From Myxococcota bacterium (GTDB taxonomy: Bacteria; Myxococcota_A; UBA9160; UBA6930): DNA of 64,000 nucleotides. The stretch is taken from contig OZ245002.1 of the NCBI GenBank assembly GCA_965223415.1, forward strand, positions 2,688,001-2,752,000, written 5' to 3'. This document shows, piece after piece, positions 1-8,340 of this stretch. Both the position numbers and the translations under genes were made by a program. A model generated the notes under the pieces. That model was not told the DNA's origin, made no database searches, and worked only from the letters and a program-made list of their open reading frames with translations. How positions within the stretch are numbered: position 1 is the stretch's first letter; each line of letters opens with the position of its first letter.

Positions 1-1528
1 TGGTGAGGAGCCGCCGGTAGCTGCCCTCCCGGTCGGTGACGGCGATGGTCTCGTTCACGCCCTCCCGGGCCGCCAGCACCTCCTCGCCCGGGTTCAGCGG
101 CACCGTGCGCAGCATGAGCGAGCGGTCGGGAAGCTGCGCCCACACCACCGCGGCGGCGAGGCCCGCGGCCAGCGCGGCTCCCCGGATCCACGGAGCCCGG
201 GGCTCGCTGTCCCGCGCCGCGAGGGCCACGGCTCCGATGGCGACGAGCACGCTCCCCGCCACGAGCGTCGCCGTGTGCTGGATTCCGAGCAGGGGCAGCA
301 GCCAGAAGCCGGCGCCCAGCGAGCCGATCACGCCGCCCACGGTGTTGGAGAGATAGAGGATCCCCGCCCGCTCGCCGACCCGCTCGCTGGCGCGCTGCAC
401 GAGGGCATTCGCCAGCGGGAACGCCATCCCGGAGAGCAGCGCCGGCGGTCCCACCACCCAGGCGGTGCTGCGCAGCAGGTAGAGGGTGAAGGGCAGCGGC
501 CCGCCGACCGGATCGGCCAGGATGCGCTTCTGCACGTAGGTGGCGCTCGCGTCCACCGACCAGAGCGCCGCCAGTGCCCACACGACGAAGCCGCCCAGGG
601 CCACCGTGAAGATCGTGCCGGGTCGCCCAATGCGGCTCGTGAGGGCACCGCCGAGCATCGAGCCGATCCAGATGCCCAGCAGGATCACCGTGAGCAGGAT
701 CGAGAAGACCGGGCGGTAGCCGCCGAACAGCGAGATCAGGTGGCGGAACCACACGATCTGCATCGCCATCGCCGCGAAGCCACTGAGCCCGATCGCGAGG
801 CCCGCCCAAGCCACCCGCGGATCCCGCGCGCCGCTGCGGGGGGCGGGCGGCGGATCGCCCGGCGACGGCCCCGTCACCCGCCTCGCCAGCAGGAGCGCCC
901 CGGCCGCGGCAAACAGGTTCAGGCCGATCGCCAGGAGCTGGGTGCGCTGCAGGCCGAAGGCGGGCACGAAGGTCGTGTCGGTCAGCAGGCAGCCCAGCGC
1001 CGCGCCTGCCGTGTTGATGCCGTAGAGCACCCCGACGTGGCGCCCGGCCGAGCCCACGTCGTTGCCGACCAGGTGCCGGATCAGCAGGGTCAGGGTGCCG
1101 CCCATCAGCAGGGTGATGGGCGTCAGCAACAGCGCGGAGCAGCCGTAGCGGAACACGGAGCCGCCCAGCGAGAGGCGGAGCCAGCCCTTCTCGTCCGGAA
1201 CGTAGGAGGAGGCCCGGGCCGCGAGCTCCGCCACTTCCGGGATCGCCAGCAGGATCGCCCCGGCCAGGAGCGCGATTCCGAGCTCGAAGAGCCCGTAGGC
1301 GCGCACCGGTGCGGCCGGATGGGTGCGCACCCGCCGGTCGACCCACCGGCCCGCCAGGTAGCTCCCGAGGCCCAGTCCCAGCATGTAGATGCTGGTCACC
1401 AGGGCTGCCGAGTAGACCGTGCTGCCGAAGAGCAGCCCGAACTGCCGCACCCACACGACCTCGTAGACGAGCCCGCTCATCCCGGAGGCGAAGAACAGCA
1501 GATAGATGAGCGCGTGGAAGCCGGGCAT
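1..1528 (-). CDS. Fused membrane (MFS-like)/spermidine-synthase-like protein, N-terminal part; truncated at window edge
   Basis: Read manually from ATG at 1528: MPGFHALIYLLFFASGMSGLVYEVVWVRQFGLLFGSTVYS..., same N-terminal pattern as the paralogs at 12518 and 15627; absent from ORF track because it runs off the window. Confidence 0.8.
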   Translation of the reverse strand, partial: MPGFHALIYLLFFASGMSGLVYEVVWVRQFGLLFGSTVYSAALVTSIYMLGLGLGSYLAGRWVDRRVRTHPAAPVRAYGLFELGIALLAGAILLAIPEVAELAARASSYVPDEKGWLRLSLGGSVFRYGCSALLLTPITLLMGGTLTLLIRHLVGNDVGSAGRHVGVLYGINTAGAALGCLLTDTTFVPAFGLQRTQLLAIGLNLFAAAGALLLARRVTGPSPGDPPPAPRSGARDPRVAWAGLAIGLSGFAAMAMQIVWFRHLISLFGGYRPVFSILLTVILLGIWIGSMLGGALTSRIGRPGTIFTVALGGFVVWALAALWSVDASATYVQKRILADPVGGPLPFTLYLLRSTAWVVGPPALLSGMAFPLANALVQRASERVGERAGILYLSNTVGGVIGSLGAGFWLLPLLGIQHTATLVAGSVLVAIGAVALAARDSEPRAPWIRGAALAAGLAAAVVWAQLPDRSLMLRTVPLNPGEEVLAAREGVNETIAVTDREGSYRRLLT

Positions 1529-1612
1529 GGATCCGCAAGGGGGGGAGAGGGGACCCGACACTATACCGCTGCGCCGATTGGCACGGAACCAGAGGCCCGC
1601 GATGCTGCCGTC

Positions 1613-2584
1613 ATGGCCGGAGCCCGCTCTTCACTCGTCTTCGTCCTCCTGGGCCCGCTCCTGGCGAGCCTCGCGTGCGGCCGGGAGCCTGCCGCGGAAA
1701 CACCCGTCCCCGATCTCTCCCCGCGAGCGGCGGCGGTGCAACGAGGCACCGCCTGGCTCCTCGCCCACGCCCACGAGATGGAGCGCACCTGGGCCCTCTC
1801 GCTGTTCGAGGGGATGCAGCGCATTCGCACGGACCCGGAGCTGCGGGAGACCTGCCGACGAATCCTGGAGGAGCGCTCGCAGGCCCGCCTCACCCACCTC
1901 CCCGCCCGGCTCCCCGCAGTCGTGGCCGTGCATCCGGCCCGGCTGTTCGACGTGCTCGCCGAGCTGAAGCGCCGACGCCGCATGGGCGAGCCCTACGAGA
2001 AGTGGGTCGAGCAGCTCAGGGAGCTGCTCGCCGCCCACGGCGCCCGCGGCTGGCCCGACGTCTGGCTCACCCAGAAGCTCATCATGATCCACAGGCTCTC
2101 GGAGTTCGGCCTGTCGGCACCCGGCAGCTTCGAAGAGGTGCGCGAGGAGATCCGGACCCTCTGGAGGGAGGGCGACCCGGAGGCCCTCGTCCGCGACCGC
2201 AGCTTCATGTTCGCGCTCACCCACGTCTTCACCACGGCGTCGGGCTATTTCAGCCATTTCGTCGACCCGGCGGGCTTCGAGCCGGAGACGGCCATGCTTC
2301 GCCACGCCGTCGGCCACTACCTGACCGAGGGTGTCCCGGACGATCGCCGCTTCCTCGAGATCCAGGCCCAGGTCGTCTCGAGCCTTGCGCTCCAGCAGCT
2401 TCCCGAGGACGAGGCGGTGGAGGCCATGGTCCAGCGGCTCCTCGACGCGCAGAACCCGGACGGGAGCTGGGGCGAGGACGCCGGCCACCACCTGAAGCAC
2501 GCGACCTGGGTCGTGCTGAAGGCCCTCGTCGATCTGGAGCCCGCGCTCTCGGGCGTGCAGCCCTTCGCTCACTCCAGCCGGTAG
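1613..2584 (+). CDS. Putative lipoprotein with C-terminal prenyltransferase/squalene-cyclase-like QW repeat
   Basis: 3' part of ORF 275..2584; signal peptide ending LASLAC; LLDAQNPDGSWG motif. Confidence 0.6.
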   Translation: MAGARSSLVFVLLGPLLASLACGREPAAETPVPDLSPRAAAVQRGTAWLLAHAHEMERTWALSLFEGMQRIRTDPELRETCRRILEERSQARLTHLPARLPAVVAVHPARLFDVLAELKRRRRMGEPYEKWVEQLRELLAAHGARGWPDVWLTQKLIMIHRLSEFGLSAPGSFEEVREEIRTLWREGDPEALVRDRSFMFALTHVFTTASGYFSHFVDPAGFEPETAMLRHAVGHYLTEGVPDDRRFLEIQAQVVSSLALQQLPEDEAVEAMVQRLLDAQNPDGSWGEDAGHHLKHATWVVLKALVDLEPALSGVQPFAHSSR

Positions 2585-3606
2585 AGACGCCCGCCGCGGC
2601 TCGATCCCGCCCAGAGCCGCCCGCGGTGGACGGCCAGGCTCCCGGTGGCATTGCCGTTCGCTCGTCCTCCCGGAACGCGCACGATGCGGAAGGCCTCCGG
2701 CTCCGGCGGCGGCGCGACGAGCTCGAAGTGCTCGTGGTCCCGCGAGCCGTAGAGGCCGCGGCTCGTCAACGCGTAGAGGGCTCCGTCCAGCTCCGCGAGG
2801 TCCGAAACGAAGAGCCGCTCCATCCCGGGCACGGGGGTCCAGTGCTCCCCGTCGTCGCTGAGCAGCAGGTGCAGGCCCTGGGCGTCCCACACCGACCAGA
2901 AGAGTCGGCCCCGGGAGCTCGCGAACCAGCGGAAGGTATTCGCGGCGCCGGGACGCACGTCGTGGGAGCGGGGCGCCCTGGAGCCGACGTCGCCCGTCCA
3001 GCGGACGTAGTCGGCGGCCGGCCCGCTCTCGCTCACGGCCCCGAGCAACGAGCCCCGGTGCTGGACGAGGAAGGTCACGCGGGTGAGGGCCAGCGAGGCG
3101 CGCTCCGTCCAGGCGCCGCCCGCGAGCTCGGACAGCGCGGCCTCGTTGCCGAGCATGCCGCTGCTGGCCAGGAGACGGTCCTGGTGGTGCGTGACGTCGA
3201 AGGAGTGGAGCGCATCGGCGACCGGTAGTGCCCGGAAGCTCACGCCGTCCTCCGTCGTCCAGATCCGGCCGGGAGCCAGCCCCTGGGGATCGCCGTCGGG
3301 CGCGAAGAGACGGCCCTGGACGACTCGCACCCGGAGGAAGCCCTGGCTGTGCGGATCGTCCACCGGCGTCCGGTAGGAGCTCCCGTCCTCCGTCGACAGC
3401 AGGCGCGCTCCGTCGGCCTGGAGCGGATTCGCGGAGGTGGCGAGGTAGAGCCGGTCGCGGAAGCTGACCATGTCGCTCACTACCGCATGGCCCGGCGGGG
3501 CCTTCGCGGCCGCCACGAAGCGCAGCGGGCGAAGCGGCGGCCCGCCTTCCTCGGCACAGGCGGGAGACGAGAGCAGCAAGGCGATCAGCGCGAGGACCGG
3601 GCGCAT
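2569..3606 (-). CDS. Secreted beta-propeller (BNR/Asp-box-like) protein
   Basis: Signal peptide MRPVLALIALLLSSPACA; repeated motifs STEDGSSY, TTEDGVSF, SDDGEHW. Confidence 0.7.
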   Translation of the reverse strand: MRPVLALIALLLSSPACAEEGGPPLRPLRFVAAAKAPPGHAVVSDMVSFRDRLYLATSANPLQADGARLLSTEDGSSYRTPVDDPHSQGFLRVRVVQGRLFAPDGDPQGLAPGRIWTTEDGVSFRALPVADALHSFDVTHHQDRLLASSGMLGNEAALSELAGGAWTERASLALTRVTFLVQHRGSLLGAVSESGPAADYVRWTGDVGSRAPRSHDVRPGAANTFRWFASSRGRLFWSVWDAQGLHLLLSDDGEHWTPVPGMERLFVSDLAELDGALYALTSRGLYGSRDHEHFELVAPPPEPEAFRIVRVPGGRANGNATGSLAVHRGRLWAGSSRGGRLYRLE

Positions 3607-3643
3607 GGAGCCGAACGGTAGCGAGCCCCGGAAAGGTCGAGGG

Positions 3644-4441
3644 CTAGCTCCGGCGGCTGCGCCCCAGCCTGGCGAGCCCGACCAGACCCGCGCCCAGGAG
3701 GAGCAGCGTGCCCGGCTCGGGGGCCGAGGTGAAGCTCAGCGTCAGGCTCGTGGCGCCCGCGGTGCGGTTGCTCTGGGTCGAGCCGTTGCACGCGCCGGCC
3801 GGACCGCCCGCGCAGATCGCCGTGATGGTCGGCGACACGAGGGTGACTGAGCCCGCGCCACCGGCGGTCAGGCTGAAGCTGCCCATGAACGTGGCCGTAC
3901 CGAGCGCCACGGTCATGTTGGTGGCGGTGCCCGTGGTCGTCGTGGTGCCGAACTGTCCGGTCACCGTAACCGTGCCCGGCGTCCAGGCCAGGAACGTCGC
4001 GGTGACGTTCACGGCGCCGACCAGCGGGTTGCTGGTGCTGACGGTGGACGAGCCCGACACGCCCACGGAGAGCGGGATGGCCAGGAACAGCAGCGGGATG
4101 CCGACGAACAGGAACACGTTCACGAGGCCGGCGATGCCCTGGTTGGCTGCCGCGCCGTTCGGTGTCGCCGCGATCGTCTGGCTGCCACCCAGCGTCTGGG
4201 AGATGGTCAGCTGCGGCGGACCGGTGTTCACGGTGCTGAAGAACTGCGGCGTCACGCTGACGCCCACCGCGATGCTGCCGCCGGTCGAGCTGCCGGAGGC
4301 GACCAGGCTGCCCCCGCCGGTGGTCAGCGTGAAGGGCGCGCCCTGAAACGCGCCGTTCCAGGTCGCGGACGTCAGGGTGCCCGCCTGCGCCGTACCCGCG
4401 AGTAGTGCGAACGCCGCGGCGAGAGTGAGGATCCTGGGCAT
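3644..4441 (-). CDS. PEP-CTERM sorting-domain surface protein, copy A
   Basis: Signal peptide ending AQA; T/G/S/A-rich body; C-terminal APEPGTLLLLGAGLVGLARLGRSRRS; AAGGAG RBS. Confidence 0.92.
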   Translation of the reverse strand: MPRILTLAAAFALLAGTAQAGTLTSATWNGAFQGAPFTLTTGGGSLVASGSSTGGSIAVGVSVTPQFFSTVNTGPPQLTISQTLGGSQTIAATPNGAAANQGIAGLVNVFLFVGIPLLFLAIPLSVGVSGSSTVSTSNPLVGAVNVTATFLAWTPGTVTVTGQFGTTTTTGTATNMTVALGTATFMGSFSLTAGGAGSVTLVSPTITAICAGGPAGACNGSTQSNRTAGATSLTLSFTSAPEPGTLLLLGAGLVGLARLGRSRRS

Positions 4442-4511
4442 GATCAACGAAGCTCCTTGAAGGCCCCCTGGAGGGCCAGGCGCCGGGGCCGAACGGTAGC
4501 TACGAGCCCCG

Positions 4512-4552
4512 AAAAAGATCGAGGGGCGGCCACCTCTCGGCGACCGCCCCTC
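4512..4552 (-). terminator. Intrinsic terminator between the two PEP-CTERM genes
   Basis: Minus strand GAGGGGCGGTCGCC-GAGA-GGTGGCCGCCCCTC (14-bp stem with G-U pairs, GNRA loop) followed by GATCTTTTT. Confidence 0.75.
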
Positions 4553-4589
4553 TGTTCGATCTGTCCTCTTTAGGACGTGCGTTCGGAGC

Positions 4590-5390
4590 CTAGCTCCGGC
4601 GGCTGCGCCCCACCGCGGCGAGACCGACCAGGCCCGCGCCCAGAAGGAGCAGCGTGCCCGGCTCGGGAGCCGAGGTGAAGTTCAGCGTCAGGCTCGTGGC
4701 GCCCGCGGTGCGGTTGCTCTGGGTCGAGCCATCGCACGCGCCGGCCGGGCCGCCCGCGCAGATCGCCGTGATGGTCGGCGACACGAGGGTGACCGTGCCC
4801 GCGCCACCGGCGGTCAGGTTGAAGCTGCCCATGAACGTGGCCGTACCGAGCGCCACGGTCATGTTGGTGGCGGTGCCCGTGGTCGTCGTGGTGCCGAACT
4901 GTCCGGTCACCGTAACCGTGCCCGGCGTCCAGGCCAGGAACGTCGCGGTGACGTTCACGGCGCCGACCAGCGGGTTGCTGGTGCTGACGATGGACGAGCC
5001 CGACACGCCCACGGAGAGCGGGATGGCCAGGAACAGCAGCGGGATGCCGACGAACAGGAACACGTTCACGAGGCCGGCGATGCCCTGGTTGGCCGCCGCG
5101 CCGTTCGGTGTCGCCACGATCGTCTGGCTGCCACCCAGCGTCTGGGAGATCGTCAGCTGCGGAGGACCGGTGTTCACGGTCGAGAAGCTTGCGCCACTGA
5201 CCACGGTGACCGCAACGTTGGCGCTTCCGCCAGTGCTGGTGCCGGAGGCGGCCAGGCTGCCACCACCGGTCGTGAGGGTGAACGGCGTGCCCTGGAACGC
5301 ACCGTTCCAGGTCGCGGACGTCAGCGTGCCCGCCTGCGCCGTTCCGGCGAACAACATGAACGCCGCCGCGAGAGTGAGAATCTTGCGCAT
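4590..5390 (-). CDS. PEP-CTERM sorting-domain surface protein, copy B
   Basis: Near-identical paralog of copy A; C-terminal APEPGTLLLLGAGLVGLAAVGRSRRS. Confidence 0.92.
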   Translation of the reverse strand: MRKILTLAAAFMLFAGTAQAGTLTSATWNGAFQGTPFTLTTGGGSLAASGTSTGGSANVAVTVVSGASFSTVNTGPPQLTISQTLGGSQTIVATPNGAAANQGIAGLVNVFLFVGIPLLFLAIPLSVGVSGSSIVSTSNPLVGAVNVTATFLAWTPGTVTVTGQFGTTTTTGTATNMTVALGTATFMGSFNLTAGGAGTVTLVSPTITAICAGGPAGACDGSTQSNRTAGATSLTLNFTSAPEPGTLLLLGAGLVGLAAVGRSRRS

Positions 5391-5510
5391 GATCTACGAA
5401 GCTCCTTGAAGGGTCGGTCCCGACTCGGCTCCGGCTGTGGGGAGCGATCCAACTCGCACCCTCAGCGGCACCCTGCCACCCGGCTCCTCGCGCGGGACAG
5501 CCGGCTTATG

Positions 5511-5526
5511 TGCAAGCCGGATGCCA
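5511..5526 (-). promoter_or_regulatory. Sigma54 (-24/-12) promoter of PEP-CTERM copy B
   Basis: Minus strand TGGCATCCGGCTTGCA matches TGGCAC-N5-TTGCW with exact GG-N10-GC spacing, about 120 bp upstream of the ATG. Confidence 0.8.
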
Positions 5527-5850
5527 CTGGGTCTCGCGCTGGGGCGAATGGCTCAACTCTCTGGAATTCAATGACTTTCTCCCTTTCCGCGGAAGCGGTG
5601 GGCCGGTCAGCGGGGGCTCCGCGGAAGGAAGTTTCTTTCCTCGGAGGAAAAGCACTGCCCTCGAATCCCCGCATTCAATCCCCGCGGGGCCTTCCGCGTC
5701 ACCGGAACCCCTCGAAGGCCCACTCCCCTCCCAATGGGAGCTCTGGATACCGGCTGGTCAGGCCGGGGCGTGTGGGTAGACTGTCGGGTCCTCTCGGGCC
5801 CGCGTCCCGGACGGACGGTCCCAGGACGTACGCCAGTGAGGAGGTTCGCC

Positions 5851-8271
5851 ATGTTCCGCAAGACAAGGCAGGGAGCCCGCCGTCCCTGCGCAGGAGCCCT
5901 CGGCCTGGCCGTCCTGCTCTTGCTGAGCGCCTGCCAGCAGAGTCAGGAGGCCCTCTACGACGAGGCCCAGGCGCTCATCGCGGAAGGCAAGCCCGAAGAC
6001 GGGCTCACGGTCCTGCGCGAGGCCGCCGCCCTCGACCCGGACGACGGCGAGATCCAGTTCGCCATCGGGATGACCCTTCTCCGGCTGGGCCGGACGAGCG
6101 AGGCGCTCTTCCCCCTCTCGAAGGCAGTGGAGACCGAGGAGTACGGCGTGCAGGCCGGCGTCGTCATGGCCAGCACCCTGGCGGAGGGTCGGAACTTCGA
6201 GGAGTCGATCGCCGCCGCCGACCGCGTGCTGGAGCGCAGCCCCGAGGACGTCGCCGCCCTCGCCATCCGGGCGAACGCGGCCATCGGCCTGCACCAGGGA
6301 GAGCTCGCACTCGATTCGGTCGATCGCCTGCTCGCGATCGAGCCGGGATCGGTCCCCTACCGCCACCTCAAGGCGAGCGCGCTCGGAGAGGCCCAGCGCC
6401 TGGACGACGCGGAGGCGCTGTTCCTCGAGCTGATGGAGATCGAGACGGAAGAGGATCCCGGCGGCCCGGCCCGGGCGTGCGGATCCCTCGCAAAGATGCT
6501 CATCGACCACAAGGAGACGGACCGGGCGGTCGAACGCCTGAAGCTGTGTGAGGAGAAGTACGTCACCCAGCCCAACGTGGCCCTCGCCCTGGTCAGCCTG
6601 TACGACGAGATGGGCCAGAAGGACGAGGCCATCGAGCTGCTGCAACGGACCAGCGAGAAGAAGCCCGACGACCCGAACGTGGTGAACGCCTTGGGCCACC
6701 GCCTGCTCGCCGCGGACCGATTCGACGAGGCCGAAGCACTGGCCAGCGAGGGCCTCGAGAAGGGCACCAACCCGGCCCGTTGGGCGGCGCTCTCGTCGGT
6801 GCGCAAGGCCGCGGGCAACGCCGACGGCGCCCTCGAAGCCATCGAGGAAGCGATCACGCTCAGCGATCCGCCGGACCAGGAGTACCTGTTCTCCCGGGCG
6901 GACCTCCTGATCAGCCTCGGCCGCGTCGACGAGGCGCAAGGCGTTCGCGAGCAGCTGACCGAGACGCTCTACCGCGACACGATCGACGGCCGACTCGCCC
7001 AGGAGGCCGGCGACAACGCCCGCGCCCTGGAGATCTACTCCGACGTGCTGGCGCACTGGCCCCAGAACGTGGGCGTGCGAGTGCTGGCGGCGCTGGCGGC
7101 GCTGGAAGAGGGCGACCGGGAGCAGGCCAAATCCCAGCTCCTCGAAGCGACCCGCCAGGCGCCCACGGAGAGCGATGCGGCCATCTGGCTGGCGCGCCTC
7201 CACTTCGCCGAAGGCGACTACGCCCAGGCGGCCTACTTCGCCACCCGACAGATCGCCGAGCGCGGGCCGACCCATCCGGACGCCTACCTGCTCGCGGCCC
7301 GTGCCTTCCGGCGCCTCGGCAAGCCGGAGCGGGTCAAGGGCTCCCTCGGCGCCATGGCCCTGGCCCGCGACGGGCTGTTCGCCGCGGAGAGCATCGCCGA
7401 GGTGATCCGATTCACCTCCGCCACCGAGGGACCGGACGGAGCGCTCGGTCGGCTCGACGAGATGGTCGAGAAGGCCGGCCTCGACTACGCCTCGCCGGAA
7501 ACCGAGCCGGCGCTGATCCAGCGGTTCCAGCTGTTGGCCGACGCGGGCCAGCTCGACGAGGCCACCCGGCGCGGCGAGGCGCTGATTGCGGCGCACCCGG
7601 AGCGGCCGACCCTGCACATGCTCCTGGGCCGGATCGGCCTGCTGAAGGGAGATGCGGAAACGGCGGGTCAGGCCTTCGAGCGGGCCCTCGAGCTCGACCC
7701 GGAGCACGCGGGCTCCCTCGCCGGGAAGGCGCTGCTCCAGCGCGCGGCCGGCGACCCGGCGGCCGCCGACACCATGGACCGGGCCTGGCAGCTCTCCCAG
7801 CATCAGGACTATGGCTACATGGCGGCGCGCATGCGCCTCGACCTGGGCCAGCGCGAAGAGGCCCGCGAGCGCTTCCTCGACCTGCTGATCCTGCACCCGG
7901 ACCAGGCCGCGGGGGCGAACGACCTGGCCTTCCTGCTCGCCGAGGACGGTACCGAGCTCGACCGGGCCCTCGAGCTCGCGCGACTGGCCCTGCGCCTCGC
8001 CCCCTCGCCCGAGGCCCTCGACACGCTGGGCTTCGTGCAGCTGAAGCGCGACGAGCTCGACGCCGCCATCGGCTCCTTCCGCCGGGCCATCGACCGTGGT
8101 CCCGAGTACGCGACCGCCCGCTACCACCTCGCGCTCGCCCTGCACGAGGCCGGCCGCAGCGAGGAGGCCCGCGAAGCCCTGGAGACGGCGCTGGAGACGG
8201 CGTTCCCGGAGGCCGAGCAGGCCCGGGCGCTGCTGGCGCGGCTCGAGGGTGGCGGCGGAACCGTCCAGTAG
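5851..8271 (+). CDS. TPR-repeat lipoprotein (PrsT-like)
   Basis: GAGGAGG RBS; lipobox LLLSAC; TPR repeats throughout; C-terminal ANDLAFLLAE...ALDTLGFV. Confidence 0.85.
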   Translation: MFRKTRQGARRPCAGALGLAVLLLLSACQQSQEALYDEAQALIAEGKPEDGLTVLREAAALDPDDGEIQFAIGMTLLRLGRTSEALFPLSKAVETEEYGVQAGVVMASTLAEGRNFEESIAAADRVLERSPEDVAALAIRANAAIGLHQGELALDSVDRLLAIEPGSVPYRHLKASALGEAQRLDDAEALFLELMEIETEEDPGGPARACGSLAKMLIDHKETDRAVERLKLCEEKYVTQPNVALALVSLYDEMGQKDEAIELLQRTSEKKPDDPNVVNALGHRLLAADRFDEAEALASEGLEKGTNPARWAALSSVRKAAGNADGALEAIEEAITLSDPPDQEYLFSRADLLISLGRVDEAQGVREQLTETLYRDTIDGRLAQEAGDNARALEIYSDVLAHWPQNVGVRVLAALAALEEGDREQAKSQLLEATRQAPTESDAAIWLARLHFAEGDYAQAAYFATRQIAERGPTHPDAYLLAARAFRRLGKPERVKGSLGAMALARDGLFAAESIAEVIRFTSATEGPDGALGRLDEMVEKAGLDYASPETEPALIQRFQLLADAGQLDEATRRGEALIAAHPERPTLHMLLGRIGLLKGDAETAGQAFERALELDPEHAGSLAGKALLQRAAGDPAAADTMDRAWQLSQHQDYGYMAARMRLDLGQREEARERFLDLLILHPDQAAGANDLAFLLAEDGTELDRALELARLALRLAPSPEALDTLGFVQLKRDELDAAIGSFRRAIDRGPEYATARYHLALALHEAGRSEEAREALETALETAFPEAEQARALLARLEGGGGTVQ

Positions 8272-8340
8272 CGGGCTGACCGCGACACTGCTCACGCGCC
8301 CCTCGCAACCCACGGGGCGCGCATCCTGGAGAACGTTGAC

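Noticed and set aside
275..1612. N-terminal 446 aa of ORF 275..2584
   Set aside because: Antisense to the membrane gene at 1..1528; the real gene starts at the signal peptide at 1613
3708..5409. Plus-strand ORFs 3708..4346 and 4654..5409
   Set aside because: Mirror frames of the PEP-CTERM genes
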